Positions 12,930 to 26,067 of a stretch of 60,000 nucleotides of DNA are shown one piece after another. The translations under genes were made by a program, and so were the position numbers. Below the pieces are notes generated by a model. It made no database searches. It was not told where the DNA came from and saw only the letters and a list, made by a program, of their open reading frames with translations. Origin of the DNA: Laetmonice hystrix (taxonomy: Eukaryota); the NCBI GenBank assembly GCA_965235115.1, contig OZ249436.1, positions 47,370,001 to 47,430,000 on the forward strand. Reading direction: 5' to 3'. The stretch's first letter is position 1. Every line of letters begins with the position of its first letter.

Positions 12930-13800
12930 CTTACCCCCATCCCCGGTCCTTACCCCAACTCACACCCACCCCCGGTCCTAATTACCCCCTAACTCCCCCT
13001 CCCTACCCCCCGATTCTTACCCCCCGGTCCTTACCCCACCTTACTCCCATCCCCAGTCCTTACCCCCTACCTTACTCCCACTCCCGGTCCTTACCCCCTA
13101 CCTTACCCCCATCTCCGTCCTTACCCCCACCCCCAGTCCTTACCCCCTACCTTATTCCCACCTCCGTCCTTACCTCCACCCCCAGTCCTTACCCCTACCT
13201 TATTCCCACCTCTGCCCTTGCCCCCACCCCCAGTCCTTACCCCCTACCTTATTCCCACCTCCGTCCTTACCTCCACCCCCAGTCCTTACCCCTACCTTAT
13301 TCCCACCTCCGTCCTTACCTCCACCCCCAGTCCTTACCCCCTACCTTACCCCCACCTCCATCCTTACCTCCACCCCCAGTCCTTACCCCCTACCTTATTC
13401 CTACCTACGTCCTTACCTCCACCCCCAGTCCTTACCCCCTATCTTACCCCCACTTACGTCCTTACCGCCCAACCCAGTCCTTACCCCTACCTTATTCCCA
13501 CCTCTGCCCTTGCCCCCACCCCCAGTCCTTACCCCCTACCTTATTCCTACCTCCGTCCTTACCTCCACCCCCAGTCCTTACCCCCTACCTTACCCCCACC
13601 TCCGTCCTTACCTCCACCCCCAGTCCTTACCCCTACCTTATTCCCACCTGCGTCCTTACCTCCACCCCCAGTCCTTACCCCTACCTTATTCCCACCTGCG
13701 TCCTTACCTCCACCCCCAGTCCTTACCCCTACCTTATTCCCACCTCCGTCCTTACCCCCACCCCAGTCCTTACCCCTACCTTATTCCCACCTCTGCCCTT
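12930..13800. repeat. C-rich ~50-bp degenerate minisatellite (CCCCAGTCCTTACCCCCTACCTTATTCCCACCTCCGTCCTTACCTCCAC)
   Basis: Tandem CCTTACCCC-based units; G-quadruplex-prone opposite strand. Confidence 0.9.
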
Positions 13801-14844
13801 GCCGACCTGTATGCCATCAGTCAGAGGTGAGGTATGTACCAGCGGCACTGAATCCCTGTAAATCTCCTCCACCATACCAAGCACTCTCCCGACCACTCCC
13901 TTTGAAGCCACCACTGAAGGCAGCCCTCCATCAATCCATGGCTTCCTTCGCTCACAGTTCGTCCTGCTACATTTGGCCAAACTATGGGAAGTTCACAGGT
14001 ACCAAGCCTGACCCCCTGACCCCGAATCCTTTTCATCCGTACGGTCCACCTTGGCAGGGGCCACATGCCCCTGGCTCGGCCATGGCCAAAGTAGCCGGGC
14101 ATGTAATGTATCATACGTAGTACTGTCTCGTATTACAGACATAATGGAGACATCTAGAATAGCATAGGTTCCTTGAGAAAACCACTAGGTTAGACTTGAA
14201 AGACCTACAATCTCTAGACAAAGACTGGGCAGCCACACGCCTCTCCCTCTCTGTTAGGTCGAGTATTTGTAGCCCGGAATTCCAGCAGAACCTGGGAAGC
14301 GTTCGATTTTTTTTTTATTCTCTGCTGCTGAGGGCCTAAGATTCTTACTCATAGTAAAAGGACCTATGCAATATGCTGTAAATATTTACTGTAAAGGTCA
14401 AGAAGGTTTTGTCCCAAGAATTCACATGCCACACAATGATCCATCTGACAGGTTTAGTTATTACCATAATATATACACCAGGCGGGATATGGGAAGTAAT
14501 TGTATACAGGACTGCGTCGATAATCGGCGGCAGTCGAGGAACATCAACAAACATGTTTCACGCCTTCATCCTGAAATATTTCACCGTCTTCAACTCCCTG
14601 ACCTATCAGTGATCATTCCCGTGTTGGTACAACAAAGGAAAGCTCTGCCTGCACGATATATGTACGGACTTCCTGGCATATGTGTAGAATATGACCTCAG
14701 CTTGGAGATCACGGAAAAAAAACTGGAAAAAAATCGTCTTATCCTTCAAAGGTTAACGGTCACCGGCACCGGGAATTCACTGTGCAGCTTTGTCAGGGGA
14801 TCATCCATGAACCTCCACGTCCCACTAATCCACCTGCCAGAGGC

Positions 14845-14846
14845 AG

Positions 14847-14918
<72 letters not shown>

Positions 14919-14948
14919 CAGAGAGAGAGAGAGACAGAGAGAGACAGC

Positions 14949-15002
<54 letters not shown>

Positions 15003-15052
15003 GAGAGACAGAGACAGAGATAGACAGAGAGAGAGAGACAGAGAGAGACAGC

Positions 15053-15106
<54 letters not shown>

Positions 15107-15210
15107 CAGAGACAGAGAGAGAGAGACAGAGACAGAGATAGACAGAGAGAGACAGAGAGAGACAGAGAGAGACAGAGAGAGACATAGAGAGAGACAGAGA
15201 GAGAGAGGGA

Positions 15211-15292
<82 letters not shown>

Positions 15293-15295
15293 CAG
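14845..15295. repeat. ~450-bp (GA)n/(GACA)n microsatellite
   Basis: Dinucleotide tract. Confidence 0.98.
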
Positions 15296-15344
15296 AGATA
15301 CCTGCTCTCACAAAAGAGAAGCATGACCAGTGACCATCAGTGCC

Positions 15345-15843
15345 AGGTGTGTTTTCCGAACCTGTTACCGTCCCTTCTGATGTCAGACCAGTGTTGTCCT
15401 AACCTGTTACCGTCCCCTCTTATGTCAGACCAGTGTTGTCCTAACCTGTTACCGTCCCCTCTGATGTCAGACGAGTGTTGTCCTAACCTGTTACCGTACC
15501 CTCTGATGTCAGACCAGTGTTGTCCTAACCTGTTACCGTACCCTCTGATGTCAGACCAGTGTTGTCCTAACCTGTTACCGTCCCCTCTGATGTCAGACCA
15601 GTGTTGTCCTAACCTGTTACCGTACCCTCTGATGTCAGACGAGTGTTGTCCTAACCGGTTACCGTTCCCTCTGATGTCAGACCAGTGTTGTCCTAACCTG
15701 TTACCGTCCCCTCTGATGTCAGACCAGTGTTGTCCTAACCTGTTACCGTCCCCTCTGATGCCAGACCAGTGTTGTCCTAACCTGTTACCGTCCCCTCTGA
15801 TGCCAGACCAGTGTTGTCCTAACCTGTTACCGTCCCCACTGAT
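15345..15843. repeat. 42-bp minisatellite, ~12 copies
   Basis: Unit AACCTGTTACCGTCCCCTCTGATGTCAGACCAGTGTTGTCCT. Confidence 0.95.
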
Positions 15844-16567
15844 GCGGTCTCATTATGTTGACATCGTTCCCTACAAGATATCCCTGCTAATACAAACAGA
15901 TTCGTTTGATATGTCAGTCGGACGAACGGATGGATATTGTGGTAATCCAACTGGCACGTGCTCTCCACTTTCCACCAGTTACCAGGGACAACGTACAATT
16001 GTACCAAAACGAGGCTGACCGAGCCGCAAGGTCAGGCTTTCATCAGAGACGCCCAATCTTTGCCGTGGGTAGCAAGTTGTGGACCCCAAAGAAGCTAATC
16101 TTTGCCTTCCTGGGGTGAAATCGAAATCTCTCACGCCTGATTTGCTGAGATGTTTCAGAAGCTACTCCCGGGACACGTCATAACACACAGTAATTTCGAC
16201 TGGGTCGAGATGACGCTGCCCATTCCAATCTTACCCCGAGCACCTGCTGGAGCACCTGCTGGAGCACCTGCAACAACGTCAGGTCCTTTTAACACCCCTC
16301 CTCCAATCATGCCCAACCCTCACATACATACTGCCGTCATATGGGAACGACCACCAGTCCCACCAAACACGACTCTCCAACCCTTGAGCTCCTGCCGCCC
16401 CGGTTTTCGGCCCTCAACCCCTCAATGTTATTGACGTGTGACTGCCGAGGTCACCATGACTTTGAGAGTCACTTAGTCAAGGACGCATCTCGATGGCAAT
16501 GCCTCGAGATAATGTGGGACGTGTTCAGGCCAGGCTCGCAGAATGGCACAGGCTGAGAAAAGGCGCT

Positions 16568-17717
16568 GGTAGGCTGTAACAGGCAGCGGTAGGTGGGCTG
16601 TAACAGGCAGCGGTCGGTAGGCTGTAACGGGCAGCGGTAGGTGGACTGTAAAATGCTACGGTAGGTGGGCTGTAAAATGCTACGGTAGGTGGGCTGTAAA
16701 ATGCTACGGTAGGTGGCCTGTAAAAGGCAGCGGTAGGGGGCTGTAAAAGGCAACGGTAGGTGGGTTGTAAAAGGCTGCGGTAGGTGGGTTGTAAAAGGAA
16801 GCGGTAGGTGGGTTGTAAAAGGCAGCGGTAGGTGGGCTGTAACAGGCAGCGGTAGGTGGGTTGGAACAGGCAGCGGTAGGTGGGTTGTAAAAGGCAGCGG
16901 TAGGTGGGTTGTAAAAGGCAGCGGTAGGTAGGTTGTAACAGGCAGCGGTAGGTGGGTTGTAAAAGGCAGCGGTAGGTAGGTTGTAAAAGGCAGCGGTATG
17001 TAGGTGGTTGTAAAAGGCAGTGGTAGGTAGGTTGTAAAAGGCAGCGGTATGTAGGTGGTTGTAAAAGGCAGCGGTAGGTAGGTTGTAAAAGGCAGCGGTA
17101 GGTAGGTTGTAAAAGGCAGCGGTAGGTAGGTTGTAAAAGGCAGCGGTAGGTAGGCTGTAAAAGGCAGCGGTAGGTGGGCTGTAACAGGCAGCGGTAGGTG
17201 GGCTGTAAAAGACAGCGGTAGGTAGGCTGTAAAAGGCAGCGGTAGGGGGCTGTAAAAGGCAGCGGTAGGTGGGTTGTAAAAGGCAGCGGTAGGTGGGTTG
17301 TAAAAGGCAGCGGTAGGTGGGTTGTAAAAGGCAGCGGTTGGTGGGTTGTAAAAGGCAGCGGTAGGTGGGTTGTAAAAGGCAGCGGTAGGTGGGTTGTAAA
17401 AGGCAGCGGTAGGTGGGCTGTAACAGGCAGCGGTAGGTGGGTTGTAAAAGGCAGCGGTAGGAGGGTTGTAAAAGGCAGCGGTAGGTGGGTTGTAAAAGGC
17501 AGCGGTAGGTGGGTTGTAAAAGGCAGCGGTAGGTGGGTTGTAAAAGGCAGCGGTAGGAGGGTTGTAAAAGGCAGCGGTAGGTGGGTTGTAAAAGGCAGCG
17601 GTAGGTGGGTTGTAAAAGGCAGCGGTAGGTGGGTTGTAAAAGGCAGCGGTAGGTGGGTTGTAAAAGGCTGCGGTAGGTAGGTTGTAAAAGGCAGCGGTAG
17701 GTAGGTTGTAAAAGGCT
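16568..17717. repeat. 24-bp minisatellite (GGCAGCGGTAGGTGGGTTGTAAAA), ~47 copies
   Basis: Tandem units; source of the 434-aa and 339-aa pseudo-ORFs. Confidence 0.97.
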
Positions 17718-17766
17718 GGACAAGGGCCGTCTGACATGGCGCGCCGGAGCAGCCTCAGGTCCTTAC

Positions 17767-17910
17767 AAGACATTGAGTGCTAATGACTGCGGTGTAATTA
17801 CTGCTTGCCGTGGAGGCCGAGTGCTGGAGGACTGCGGACGTGTCCTCCAGCAGGTACTCCACGGTCCTGTCGATTTCAAACTGTGTCCTGACCCCATCCT
17901 CTCCCGACCA
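17767..17910 (-). CDS. Weak candidate internal exon (48 codons, WSGEDGVRTQFEIDRTVEYLLEDTSAVLQH...)
   Basis: Open frame with coding-like codons, bounded by a weak CAG acceptor and a CTT|GTAAGG donor; no homology recognised. Confidence 0.2.
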
Positions 17911-19424
17911 CTGTCACAGGTGCTTGACACGTTGGCTCATACTGACTAATGAAACAGTAGCCAGGAGGGGCAGTATGGACCTTAGGTGGTCGCCATTAAC
18001 GGGTCCATGTTCATCCCCCACCCATCAGGTTCAATTCATGCAAATTACTACTGAAACGAGCACAACTATCACCCTAATGTCCCCGGCCCCCGGCCCTAAC
18101 CTCTGTGAGTGCCTGCTGTACCTGCAGCCAACAAACCTACACAACCCTCCCTCAAGACTTCATCACTTTACAAGCACATTTCGTCTCTCTCTATTTGTTT
18201 GTTTTTAATTTGCCCCCAGTCACAGGTACACGTGACCTTACAAACTACATCACCTGGGCGGCCTGTTCCTTCTTTATTTCTTTCTTTTATGTTTTTTTTG
18301 CGGGGGCGGCTGGGGGGGGGGGGGGCTTTTCCTCCCGGGTTGAGGTACCAGAGACCGTAGGGCCACCAATCCTCACTCAGTCTGAGTGTTACCCCCTAGG
18401 TGATATCTCTCTAATTGCATATGTCTAACACTTCTGATGCCAGTCACAGCGGCACACTCCCAGAGTAGTACATCTAACTATCGCCCAAATCTTCACACTC
18501 TACCACCACCTCATTATCGCAAACTTTCCTACCAGTAATCTTCTGCTTGGGGCAATTTATTTCCGTCTGGAATAATTATTAAAGTTCTGCCTGAATATCC
18601 TGATAAAGAATATCCTCTGTCAAACAGTAATGATTTATGAGTTAGCGTGCCCGTTCCGAATTCTCCGGTTTCTTCCAGTCCGATTTCTCGGTATTTGTCC
18701 GTACAAGCAATATCTTCTCAGTTCCTACATCCAATCTGACAGAAAACGGTTCCAATCCACTATCCCTCCATTGTGTTGGGCCCTCCAGTGTTTTATCTGC
18801 TCCAGTATGTATACAGAACACCTGGAGGTAGATCTATACCGGGGAGGACCACATGCAGCACCCCCTGGCGACGCAGATATGAGATTATTCAGATTAATAA
18901 TAAAGACCTTTACTTCTGTATTTTTACCCTCATTGATTAGGCTTTTCATAACAAGCAAAATGTTAATTCTTGGAAGTCCAATTACGCTTGGTTAGCAGAA
19001 CCGGTATGCTTAATAAAGGTTCTCAAGAATCGTTCTAGATTATTACAAATTCTGGGCGTGCATCTTGTTTTCTTGTTTTGACGTTTGAAGCCAAACAATA
19101 TTGTTAAGGATTACACAAGAGATGCAGTAGAAGAAGGAGAGATTAGTCCTGACTAACGTTGTAGTCATGAACCAACTTGTCCAGATTTGTCCCCTCCCGC
19201 CCATACTCCGACCCTCGCCCACGGACCCTACTCCCCACAGGCACTGTCAATCGATTCTAATCAGTGCCATACTTCAGGGACAAGATTCTCCCCATCTTGT
19301 GTCGTCCTTGGTAGACCCACTCACCCCTGTCCCGTCAAATTGTGTCGTGTCTACTCCATTCTGGCGGAGAATGCGAGGGCGTCTAGCGGGGCAGACAGTG
19401 GGTGGGGTGGTTGGACGGAGGACG

Positions 19425-20066
19425 AGGTTGGCAGAACGTTGGGGTAAGGTTACGCCAGGTTGGCAGAACGTTGGGGTAACGTCACGCCAGGTTGGCAGAA
19501 CGTTGGGGTAACGTTACGCCAGGTTGACAGAACGTTGGGGTAACTGACGCCAGGTTGGCAGAACGTTGGGGTAACGTGACGCCAGGTTGGCAGAACGTTG
19601 GGGTAACGTGACGCCAGGTTGGCAGAACGTTGGGGTAACGTCGCGCCAGGTTGGCAGAACGTTGGGGTAACGTCACGCCAGGTTGGCAGAACGTTAGGGT
19701 AACGTCACGCCAGGTTGGCAGAACGTTGGGGTAACGTTACGCCAGGTTGGCAGAACGTTGGGGTAACGTTACGCCAGGTTGACAGAACGTTGGGGTAACG
19801 TCGCGCCAGGTTGGCAGAACGTTGGGGTAACGTTACACCAGGTTGACAGAACGTTGGGGTAACGTTACGCCAGGTTGGCAGAACGTTGGGGTAACGTTAC
19901 GCCAGGTTCGCAGAACGTTGGGGGTAACGTGACGCCAGGTTGGCAGAACGTTGGGGGTAACGTGACGCCAGGTTCGCAGAACGTTGGGGTAACGTCACGC
20001 CAGGTTGACAGAACGTTGGGGTAACGTTACGCCAGGTTGGCAGAACGTTGGGGTAACGTTACGCCA
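19425..20066. repeat. 32-bp minisatellite containing the palindrome GTAACGTTAC, ~20 copies
   Basis: Unit GCCAGGTTGGCAGAACGTTGGGGTAACGTTAC. Confidence 0.95.
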
Positions 20067-20675
20067 GAACTGACCAGAACTGTAGAATTCTCCTGGATTC
20101 TACCGGATCGTGCTGGTAGATCCCAATGACAACATCTGCACGAAATCTAGGAGCAAGAACTAGAAGTCGAGTCCTTGACCCGAAGTTGATTACATTTCCC
20201 CTAATCCAGGCCGAAGATCCGCCATGCCCAGCCCTGCTCTGTCCTACCAGGGTGCCATGCACCTGTTCCTGCACAACTTCAGGAAGGTCCGACTCCCGAG
20301 ACAAGCCGGGTCATCTCCCGCGGGAAATCTGTCATAATTCACAACTGCCGGCCACCCCACCTGAGCCCGACCCTGGCCGAATACAACGTCTAAAAATAGA
20401 GACAGACTCTTAAAGCGCTGGCAAGACGAAATACTGCCGATATCATTGTTGTTACCGTATCCAATGGTAAACTTTAACCAATCATTTCGATTATTTAAAT
20501 CGGCGCTTAGACTGTCGCACAAAGATGATTAATTTATTGATTAAAAATAATCCATTTGAATACATCGAGGGTTAAAATCCGACAACAGCATCCATATAAC
20601 AGATGTTTCATAAGCCTGCCTTTTTTAACATTCAACAAAACATGAGGCATTCACAAACGTACAGTTTTTACTGTC

Positions 20676-21040
20676 TACTACATGATCTCCTGTCTCTGTG
20701 TTACCAATCTAATCACCGCTGCTCGTATTAACAAACCTCTTCTAAATCTCTGTCATCTATCGACTACATGATCTCTTGTCTCTGTTTTACCAATCTAATT
20801 ACCGCTGCTCGTATTACAATCTCTGTCACCTATCGACTACATGATCTCCTCTCTCTTTGTTACCAATCTAATTACCGCTGCTCGTATTACAATCTCAGTC
20901 ACCTATCGACTACATGATCTCCTCTCTCTTTGTTACCAATCTAATTACCGCTGCTCGTATTACAATCTCTGTCACCTATCGACTACATGATCTCCTCTCT
21001 CTTTGTTACCAATCTAATTACCGCTGCTCGTATTACAAAA
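20676..21040. repeat. 73-bp minisatellite, ~5 copies
   Basis: GACTACATGATCTC units at 20762, 20835, 20908, ... Confidence 0.9.
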
Positions 21041-22200
21041 CTCCTCTAAATCTACCTCTTTGGAAACATGGCTGCCACGACATTTCATACCCAATGACGT
21101 GTCAGAATAGATGTCATATTTTCTAATTTGTTAAATTCCTTTGAAATATGTTATTAACATAGATGGCGTGGGGTGCCGTGCCTGGGGCGGCCATATTTCA
21201 AGACCGTAAATAGCAATCATATTAACAATTAAAAACAATAACGGGGCCAATTAAAGAGGTAGGGTCCAAATTATGCTGGTTACCGGGGTCCTAGGTGCCT
21301 CGTTAGGGCCTGCTGAGACCTTGATTAATCCATTTTTCAATCCCTCCCCTACCGAAGGCTGAATTCCTGGAAGCTCTACCATTCCAGCATGGTGCCATGA
21401 AACCATGACGGTTGGATGTCCTCAGGACCATCGTGATCTTGTTTGTTTGTATTTGATGTACGGAAGGCGGCCTATGGCTTGTTCTTCGCAAATCTCCCCC
21501 CCCCCCCCATTTCATAACACCCAGAAAGATTTTGTTCCCTTTTGGATTTTTAATTTTTACAGGTGAGGTGAGTAAAAATCCTTGTTCTTCTCCTGAACAA
21601 ACTTTAAAAAAAGAACCCCTGCATACCTCCTAGTCCTGCCCTGTTCAGAGAGTGGTGGGCGAGGCGTACAGTTAACGCACAATAATTCATGGTCGCTGGG
21701 TAAGCAATCATAGTTAGTGACAATGACACTAAAATCGGATCCTTGTTGTAATAGGACCCTCTTTGATCTGTAACACTAGGACAAGACGAGCCTCATAAAA
21801 TCTCATGAAAAGCCTGCCATTCATCAATGTTTGGCAAGCACGGTGTGAATTATTTCATCCTCATTCCCATTCTCATTTGTTCCATAATCACTGACACCTT
21901 CACCTTTTTCCGCCGGATGATGCTGGCCACAATGTGAACATCGTCTCCGGGTTTTCATTTTTCCACCACTGATTTACATTACAATTAGACATAAAAACAA
22001 AACCAAGGTAACAAACTGGCACAGGTTACTCATCCTGACCTCATTTTGTCCACTCCTTTGTGCAACTAAATCTTCCTCCATTAGGGACATCATATTAACA
22101 TCGTATGACAATGGAGAACAAAAATGTCCTACTTGTTTGTAGAGGACATCGGTCCATTTCCTGTACCGACACTGGCCTAAACATATCTGAATGAACACCG

Positions 22201-22245
22201 ACTCACCTGAAAAATATAAACAATAGTCAAATAAGTAAATGTTAG
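22201..22245 (-). promoter_or_regulatory. Candidate recursive splice site (ratchet point)
   Basis: Minus strand reads CTAAC (branch point) ... TTGTTTATATTTTTCAG|GTGAGT: a full 3' splice site directly abutting a consensus 5' splice site. Confidence 0.6.
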
Positions 22246-22384
22246 ATATATCTCTAAAGTCAGCAAAACGTACATCAGCAATACGTCAAGCAATATTCAT
22301 GTTACAATCTCATACACAGGTTTACACATATACTGGGGTATACATCGTCAACCGAAAAGGGGAGATAGGGATTATGGGGGTTCT

Positions 22385-22515
22385 GTGTCTAAGCCTCCCA
22401 TGGTCGTCGAGAAGGTAATTTTGTCTGGTGGGGGAGGGGCTACCGAAGTACCCGGAGAAATCATTGCTCTTGCAGCAAGTAACACAATACTGCAAGAAGG
22501 GGATTCGAACCAATA
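22385..22515 (-). mobile_element. Degenerate tRNA-derived SINE remnant (V-domain-like)
   Basis: Minus strand has B-box GGTTCGAATCCCC and TTTCTCCGGGTACTTCGGT, resembling the V-SINE core TTTTCTCCGGGTACTCCGGTTTCCTCC; related to 31865-32060. Confidence 0.55.
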
Positions 22516-22799
22516 TGTGGGAGGTTCTGTTCCTAGGAAAGAAAAACAAGTCAATCACTGCGAGCTACACTTAAAGAAACTTGAAGATGGCTGATGCTAA
22601 GTCTGCCTCCAGTCATGTCTCAGTAATGAGCCTAGTGTTCGTCACGGCTCTATACATAATAATTACCCCTCGCGGCATACTGCAACCTTTCCTCCATTAA
22701 AGAGGCACGTGTATACATTGTCATTCCCATACCCTCCTGGGGCTCCACCCACACCATGGCCCCGGCCTGGCCGTCAGTGAGTGCCTCCTCAAGGATTTA

Positions 22800-23396
22800 C
22801 CGGACCGTGCCTGCCTCAGGCACTGGACCGTGCCTGCCTCAGGCACCGGACCGTGCCTGCCTCAGGCACTGGACCGTGCCTGCCTCAGGCACCGGACCGT
22901 GCCTGCCTGAGGCATCGGACCGTGCCTGCCTCAGGCATCGGACCGTTGTCTGCCTCAGGCACTTGACCGTGCCTGCCTCAGGCACCGGACCGTGCCTGCC
23001 TCAGGCATCGGACCGTTGTCTGCCTCAGGCACTTGACCGTGCCTGCCTCAGGCACCGGACCGTGCATGCCTCAGGTACCGGATCGTGCCGGCCTCAGGCA
23101 TCGGACCGTGCCTGCCTCAAGCATCGGACCGTGCCTGCCTCCGGCACCGGACCGTGCCTGCCTCCGGCACCGGACCGTGCCTGCCCCAGGCATCGGACCG
23201 TGCCTGCCTCAGGCACTGGACCGTGCCTGCCTCAGGCACCGGATCGTGCCGGCCTCAGGCACCGGACCGTGCCTGCCTCAGGCACTGGACCGTGCCTGCC
23301 TCAGGCACCGGATCGTGCCGGCCTCAGGCACCGGACCGTGCCGGCCTCAGGCATCGGACCGTGCCGGCCTCAGGCACCGGACCGTACCTGCCTCAG
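22800..23396. repeat. 23-bp minisatellite (GGACCGTGCCTGCCTCAGGCACC); duplicated in part at 24501-24937
   Basis: Tandem units. Confidence 0.95.
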
Positions 23397-26067
23397 ATAA
23401 GGGGTTGGGTAGATCGATGCTCAAGGTGGTAGGTGTACCTATCCAGGCTAGGTGTTAGGTGTACCTATCCAGGCTAGGTGTTAGGTGTACCTATCCAGGC
23501 TAGGTGTTAGGTGTACCTATCCAGGCTAGGTGTCAGGTGTACCTATCCAGGCTAGGTGTTATGTGTACCTATCCAGGCTAGGTGTTATGTGTACCTATCC
23601 AGGCTAGGTGTTAGGTGTACCTATCCAGGCTAGGTGTTAGGTGTACCTATCCAGGCTAGGTGTTAGGTGTACCTATCCAGGCTAGGTGTTAGGTGTACCT
23701 ATCCACTGAAAAGCTTCTTTTTTTTATTATTTCCTTATTACAATCTTCTGCTCACTCTATTTATTACCCTGTCATCACACTATGCAATATAAAAATCCCA
23801 GAGTGACTTCACTCAGGCTGCCTCCACTAAATTTAGTGCGTTCATTGATCGCTGGATTCTATCAGGCACATTACCATGCATAATCTAGGCCGACAAACTA
23901 CGGATAATCTGGGCGAGGGAATGCCTTCAATATCCTGTGTTAACTTCACTCAACATAATGGTTATTTTGTATCAGATTCTCAGACTCCAATACAATTAGA
24001 CTCTGACAGCGCCGAGCTCCAATAGATGTGCTCGCTTTATCATTCTATACTCTTCCATGTATAATTCAATGCCTTAGACCGTTACATGGCTGATTGGAAT
24101 CACTGCTGCTAACTCCCTGAACTATAGTCAAGTAACACTCGGAAACAAAAGTACTGAAAGACTGACTGCAGGAAGCGTGAAATATTACCTCGATAATGAA
24201 GTCCCATGGAAGGATCCATTATTACCGTACTACAGGGTCGGTACGTCCCATAGAAGGATCTATTATTACCGTACTACAGGGTCGGTACGTCCCATGGAAG
24301 GATCCATTATTACCGTACTACAGGGTCGGTACGTCCCATGGAAGGATCCATTATTACCGTACTACAGGGTCGGTACGTCCCATGGAAGGATCCATTATTA
24401 CCGTACTACAGGGTCGGTACGTCCCATGGAAGGATCCATTATTACCGTACTACAGGGTCGGTACGTCCCATGGAAGGATCCATTATTACCGTACTACAGG
24501 CACTTGACCGTGCCTGCCTCAGGCACCGGACCGTGCCTGCCTCAGGCATCGGACCGTTGTCTGCCTCAGGCACTTGACCGTGCCTGCCTCAGGCACCGGA
24601 CCGTGCATGCCTCAGGTACCGGATCGTGCCGGCCTCAGGCATCGGACCGTGCCTGCCTCAAGCATCGGACCGTGCCTGCCTCCGGCACCGGACCGTGCCT
24701 GCCTCCGGCACCGGACCGTGCCTGCCCCAGGCATCGGACCGTGCCTGCCTCAGGCACTGGACCGTGCCTGCCTCAGGCACCGGATCGTGCCGGCCTCAGG
24801 CACCGGACCGTGCCTGCCTCAGGCACTGGACCGTGCCTGCCTCAGGCACCGGATCGTGCCGGCCTCAGGCACCGGACCGTGCCGGCCTCAGGCATCGGAC
24901 CGTGCCGGCCTCAGGCACCGGACCGTACCTGCCTCAGATAAGGGGTTGGGTAGATCGATGCTCAAGGTGGTAGGTGTACCTATCCAGGCTAGGTGTTAGG
25001 TGTACCTATCCAGGCTAGGTGTTAGGTGTACCTATCCAGGCTAGGTGTTAGGTGTACCTATCCAGGCTAGGTGTTAGGTGTACCTATCCAGGCTAGGTGT
25101 CAGGTGTACCTATCCAGGCTAGGTGTTATGTGTACCTATCCAGGCTAGGTGTTAGGTGTACCTATCCAGGCTAGGTGTTAGGTGTACCTATCCAGGCTAG
25201 GTGTTAGGTGTACCTATCCAGGCTAGGTGTTAGGTGTACCTATCCAGGCTAGGTGTTAGGTGTACCTATCCACTGAAAAGCTTCTTTTTTTTATTATTTC
25301 CTTATTACAATCTTCTGCTCACTCTATTTATTACCCTGTCATCACACTATGCAATATAAAAATCCCAGAGTGACTTCACTCAGGCTGCCTCCACTAAATT
25401 TAGTGCGTTCATTGATCGCTGGATTCTATCAGGCACATTACCATGCATAATCTAGGCCGACAAACTACGGATAATCTGGGCGAGGGAATGCCTTCAATAT
25501 CCTGTGTTAACTTCACTCAACATAATGGTTATTTTGTATCAGATTCTCAGACTCCAATACAATTAGACTCTGACAGCGCCGAGCTCCAATAGATGTGCTC
25601 GCTTTATCATTCTATACTCTTCCATGTATAATTCAATGCCTTAGACCGTTACATGGCTGATTGGAATCACTGCTGCTAACTCCCTGAACTATAGTCAAGT
25701 AACACTCGGAAACAAAAGTACTGAAAGACTGACTGCAGGAAGCGTGAAATATTACCTCGATAATGAAGTCCCATGGAAGGATCCATTATTACCGTACTAC
25801 AGGGTCGGTACGTCCCATAGAAGGATCTATTATTACCGTACTACAGGGTCGGTACGTCCCATGGAAGGATCCATTATTACCGTACTACAGGGTCGGTACG
25901 TCCCATGGAAGGATCCATTATTACCGTACTACAGGGTCGGTACGTCCCATGGAAGGATCCATTATTACCGTACTACAGGGTCGGTACGTCCCATGGAAGG
26001 ATCCATTATTACCGTACTACAGGGTCGGTACGTCCCATGGAAGGATCCATTATTACCGTACTACAGG
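22960..26067. repeat. Tandem segmental duplication (copy 1 22960-24500, copy 2 24501-~26067)
   Basis: Same order of 23-bp array, 26-bp array, ~490-bp unique segment and 44-bp array; ORF offsets are 1541, then 1567 after one extra 26-bp unit. Confidence 0.93.
23430..23705. repeat. 26-bp minisatellite (TAGGTGTACCTATCCAGGCTAGGTGT); second copy at ~24971-25272
   Basis: Tandem units. Confidence 0.95.

Noticed and set aside
13218..14120. Extensin-like proline-rich ORF
   Set aside because: Product of a C-rich repeat with frequent frame-shifting indels.
16469..17773. 434-aa and 339-aa ORFs
   Set aside because: They are translations of a stop-free 24-bp unit, open in several frames and shifting register.
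21541..21575. Plus-strand TTTTTACAG|GTGAG|GTGAGT microexon or ratchet point
   Set aside because: It sits in a GGATTTTT...AAAAATCC inverted-repeat context resembling a TE remnant, and no other credible plus-strand gene evidence exists.
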